Source: the human T2T-CHM13v2.0 reference genome, Homo sapiens
NCBI RefSeq assembly: GCF_009914755.1
Contig: NC_060943.1
Length of the DNA: 64,000 nucleotides
Direction: 5' to 3' (one strand)
A program made the translations under genes and the position numbers. A model generated the notes under the pieces. It was not told where the DNA came from and ran no database searches. It saw only the letters and a program-made list of their open reading frames with translations. Shown here one piece after another: positions 62,547 through 64,000 of the stretch; positions within the stretch are counted from its first letter, which is position 1; each line of letters starts with the position of its first letter.

Positions 62547-63582
62547 CTGTGGTCATTTAGACAAAGACATTTCCCCTGAACCCAGGTTTTGCTTTGCTCA
62601 TCAGTTTGGACATGAAAGGGCTTTACCTGTATTTTCTTTGCACTTTCTGATTTCCACTTGAATATCTTGTTTGAACTTAAGGACTTTGATTGCAGAAATT
62701 TCAGAGACTGTGCTTCATAGTTTAAAACATTCTTACAATTTATAAAATGTAGGTATATCTAATTTTGACAAACAGGGACTACAGATTGATAAGATATCCA
62801 GTTTTCTAATATATTAAATTTTCTTTGAGGCCAATTCCACGATCAATTTTTCCAGATGTTTGATGGTATACTATGAGGGTCTCTAGAGGAGGGACCTGCA
62901 TTGCATACATATCAAACACGCTAAGTCCAGTGAACAATTCTTTTAATGGATCACCTGCTTTTCTCATTCACATTGGTGTCATGTCACTGGCAGAGGAAGG
63001 ATGCGTCCGTGTAGTTTGAATGACAGGATGTGTGAGTTTACTCCTAGGGACACGGTGGGCACAGCAGAGAGATGGGGCTGACTGCATCCTGTGCCTGGGA
63101 GAGTCCAGGGATAGGAAGGAATCAGCGTCTCATTTTCTACCCTCCACAGGGAAAGAGAATCCCTCGGGCAGGACCAGCAGTGATGGACCCCAACACTCTC
63201 TCCATGGAACAGGGGAAGCAGTTCTTAAAGCAGTGCGGGATCCCACAAAGAGATGTGAGTACAGGAGCTGCGGGGTCACCTGGGAGGCAGGTGGAATGGG
63301 TGGAGTCCAAGTCGAGGGGGAAGGCTGAAGCAGGCTCCCCGTCCATGACCGGCTCATATTCAGAGTTTCACACCCTCCATACACGGGCACTGACCCATTA
63401 AAATCGATATGTAATTCCTCAAAGGGACATGGGAAAATGACACCACCACTGCCCCTTAGTTCCCACCTGGGAACAGCAGCACTTCCCAATACCCTGGGCT
63501 TTCACTCTTGGCGCCATTTGAAGGTCATCAGCCAACTCCTCACCAGCTCTGGAGTAAAGAACTGTGAGATTGCCTTTGCATC

Positions 63583-63873
63583 CTCATAGCTTAGCTCCCA
63601 CACATGAGTGAGAACATAAGGTGTTTGGTTTTGCATTCGTGACTTATTCACAGAGAATAATAGTCTCCAATCCCATCCAGGTTGCTGTGAAGGCCATTAA
63701 TTTCTTCCTTTTTATGGCTGAGTAGTATTCCATCGTGTGTGTGTATATATATAACAGTTCCTTTATCCACCGGTTGATTGATGGGCATTTGGGCTGGTTC
63801 CATATTTTTGCAATTGCGAATTGTGCTGCTGTAAACACGCGTGTACAAGTATCTTTTTCACATAATGACTTCT
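63583..63873 (-). mobile_element. L1PA/PB 3' fragment
   Basis: ORF2 C-terminal remnant KDTCTRVFTAAQFAIAKIWNQPKCPS. Confidence 0.85.
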
Positions 63874-64000
63874 TTAAAAAAAAGAAAAGAAAAAAAAAAC
63901 CAAAACACCAAAATGTGAGCCTGCCCAGCATTCCCTTTAAAATCTCAGGAAGATGGGAGTTCCTCCTCTCCTCTGCCAAGGCTTCCTCCTGCCTGCAGAA

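Overview
Repeat-rich primate, almost certainly human, genomic DNA. I recognise it as the 19q13.4 KRAB-zinc-finger/vomeronasal receptor neighbourhood. Left to right: (1) an orphan V1R-type upstream block; (2) a full-length SVA tail-to-tail with the NDUFV2 retrocopy (NDUFV2P1, - strand); (3) the KRAB-C2H2 gene ZNF677 (- strand, 584 aa reconstructed from three coding exons, CpG-island promoter at about 38.1-38.8 kb); (4) two single-coding-exon vomeronasal type-1 receptors facing each other, VN1R2 (+) and VN1R4 (-); (5) a second SVA in inverted orientation; (6) LTR, L1 and low-complexity DNA. No rRNA, tRNA or CRISPR is seen, and most short ORFs in the track are Alu/SVA/L1 artefacts. The most striking structure is VN1R2. 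A solo LTR13-type element with a CTATT target-site duplication sits inside the ancestral coding sequence and strands the original start (MASVDLKIGMIFL). A 58-bp tandem duplication within the LTR puts an LTR-derived ATG in frame with the receptor. A weak GT..AG pair could instead splice the LTR out in frame. Gene names and repeat subfamily names come from memory, not a database search. Repeat boundaries without a quoted TSD are approximate.
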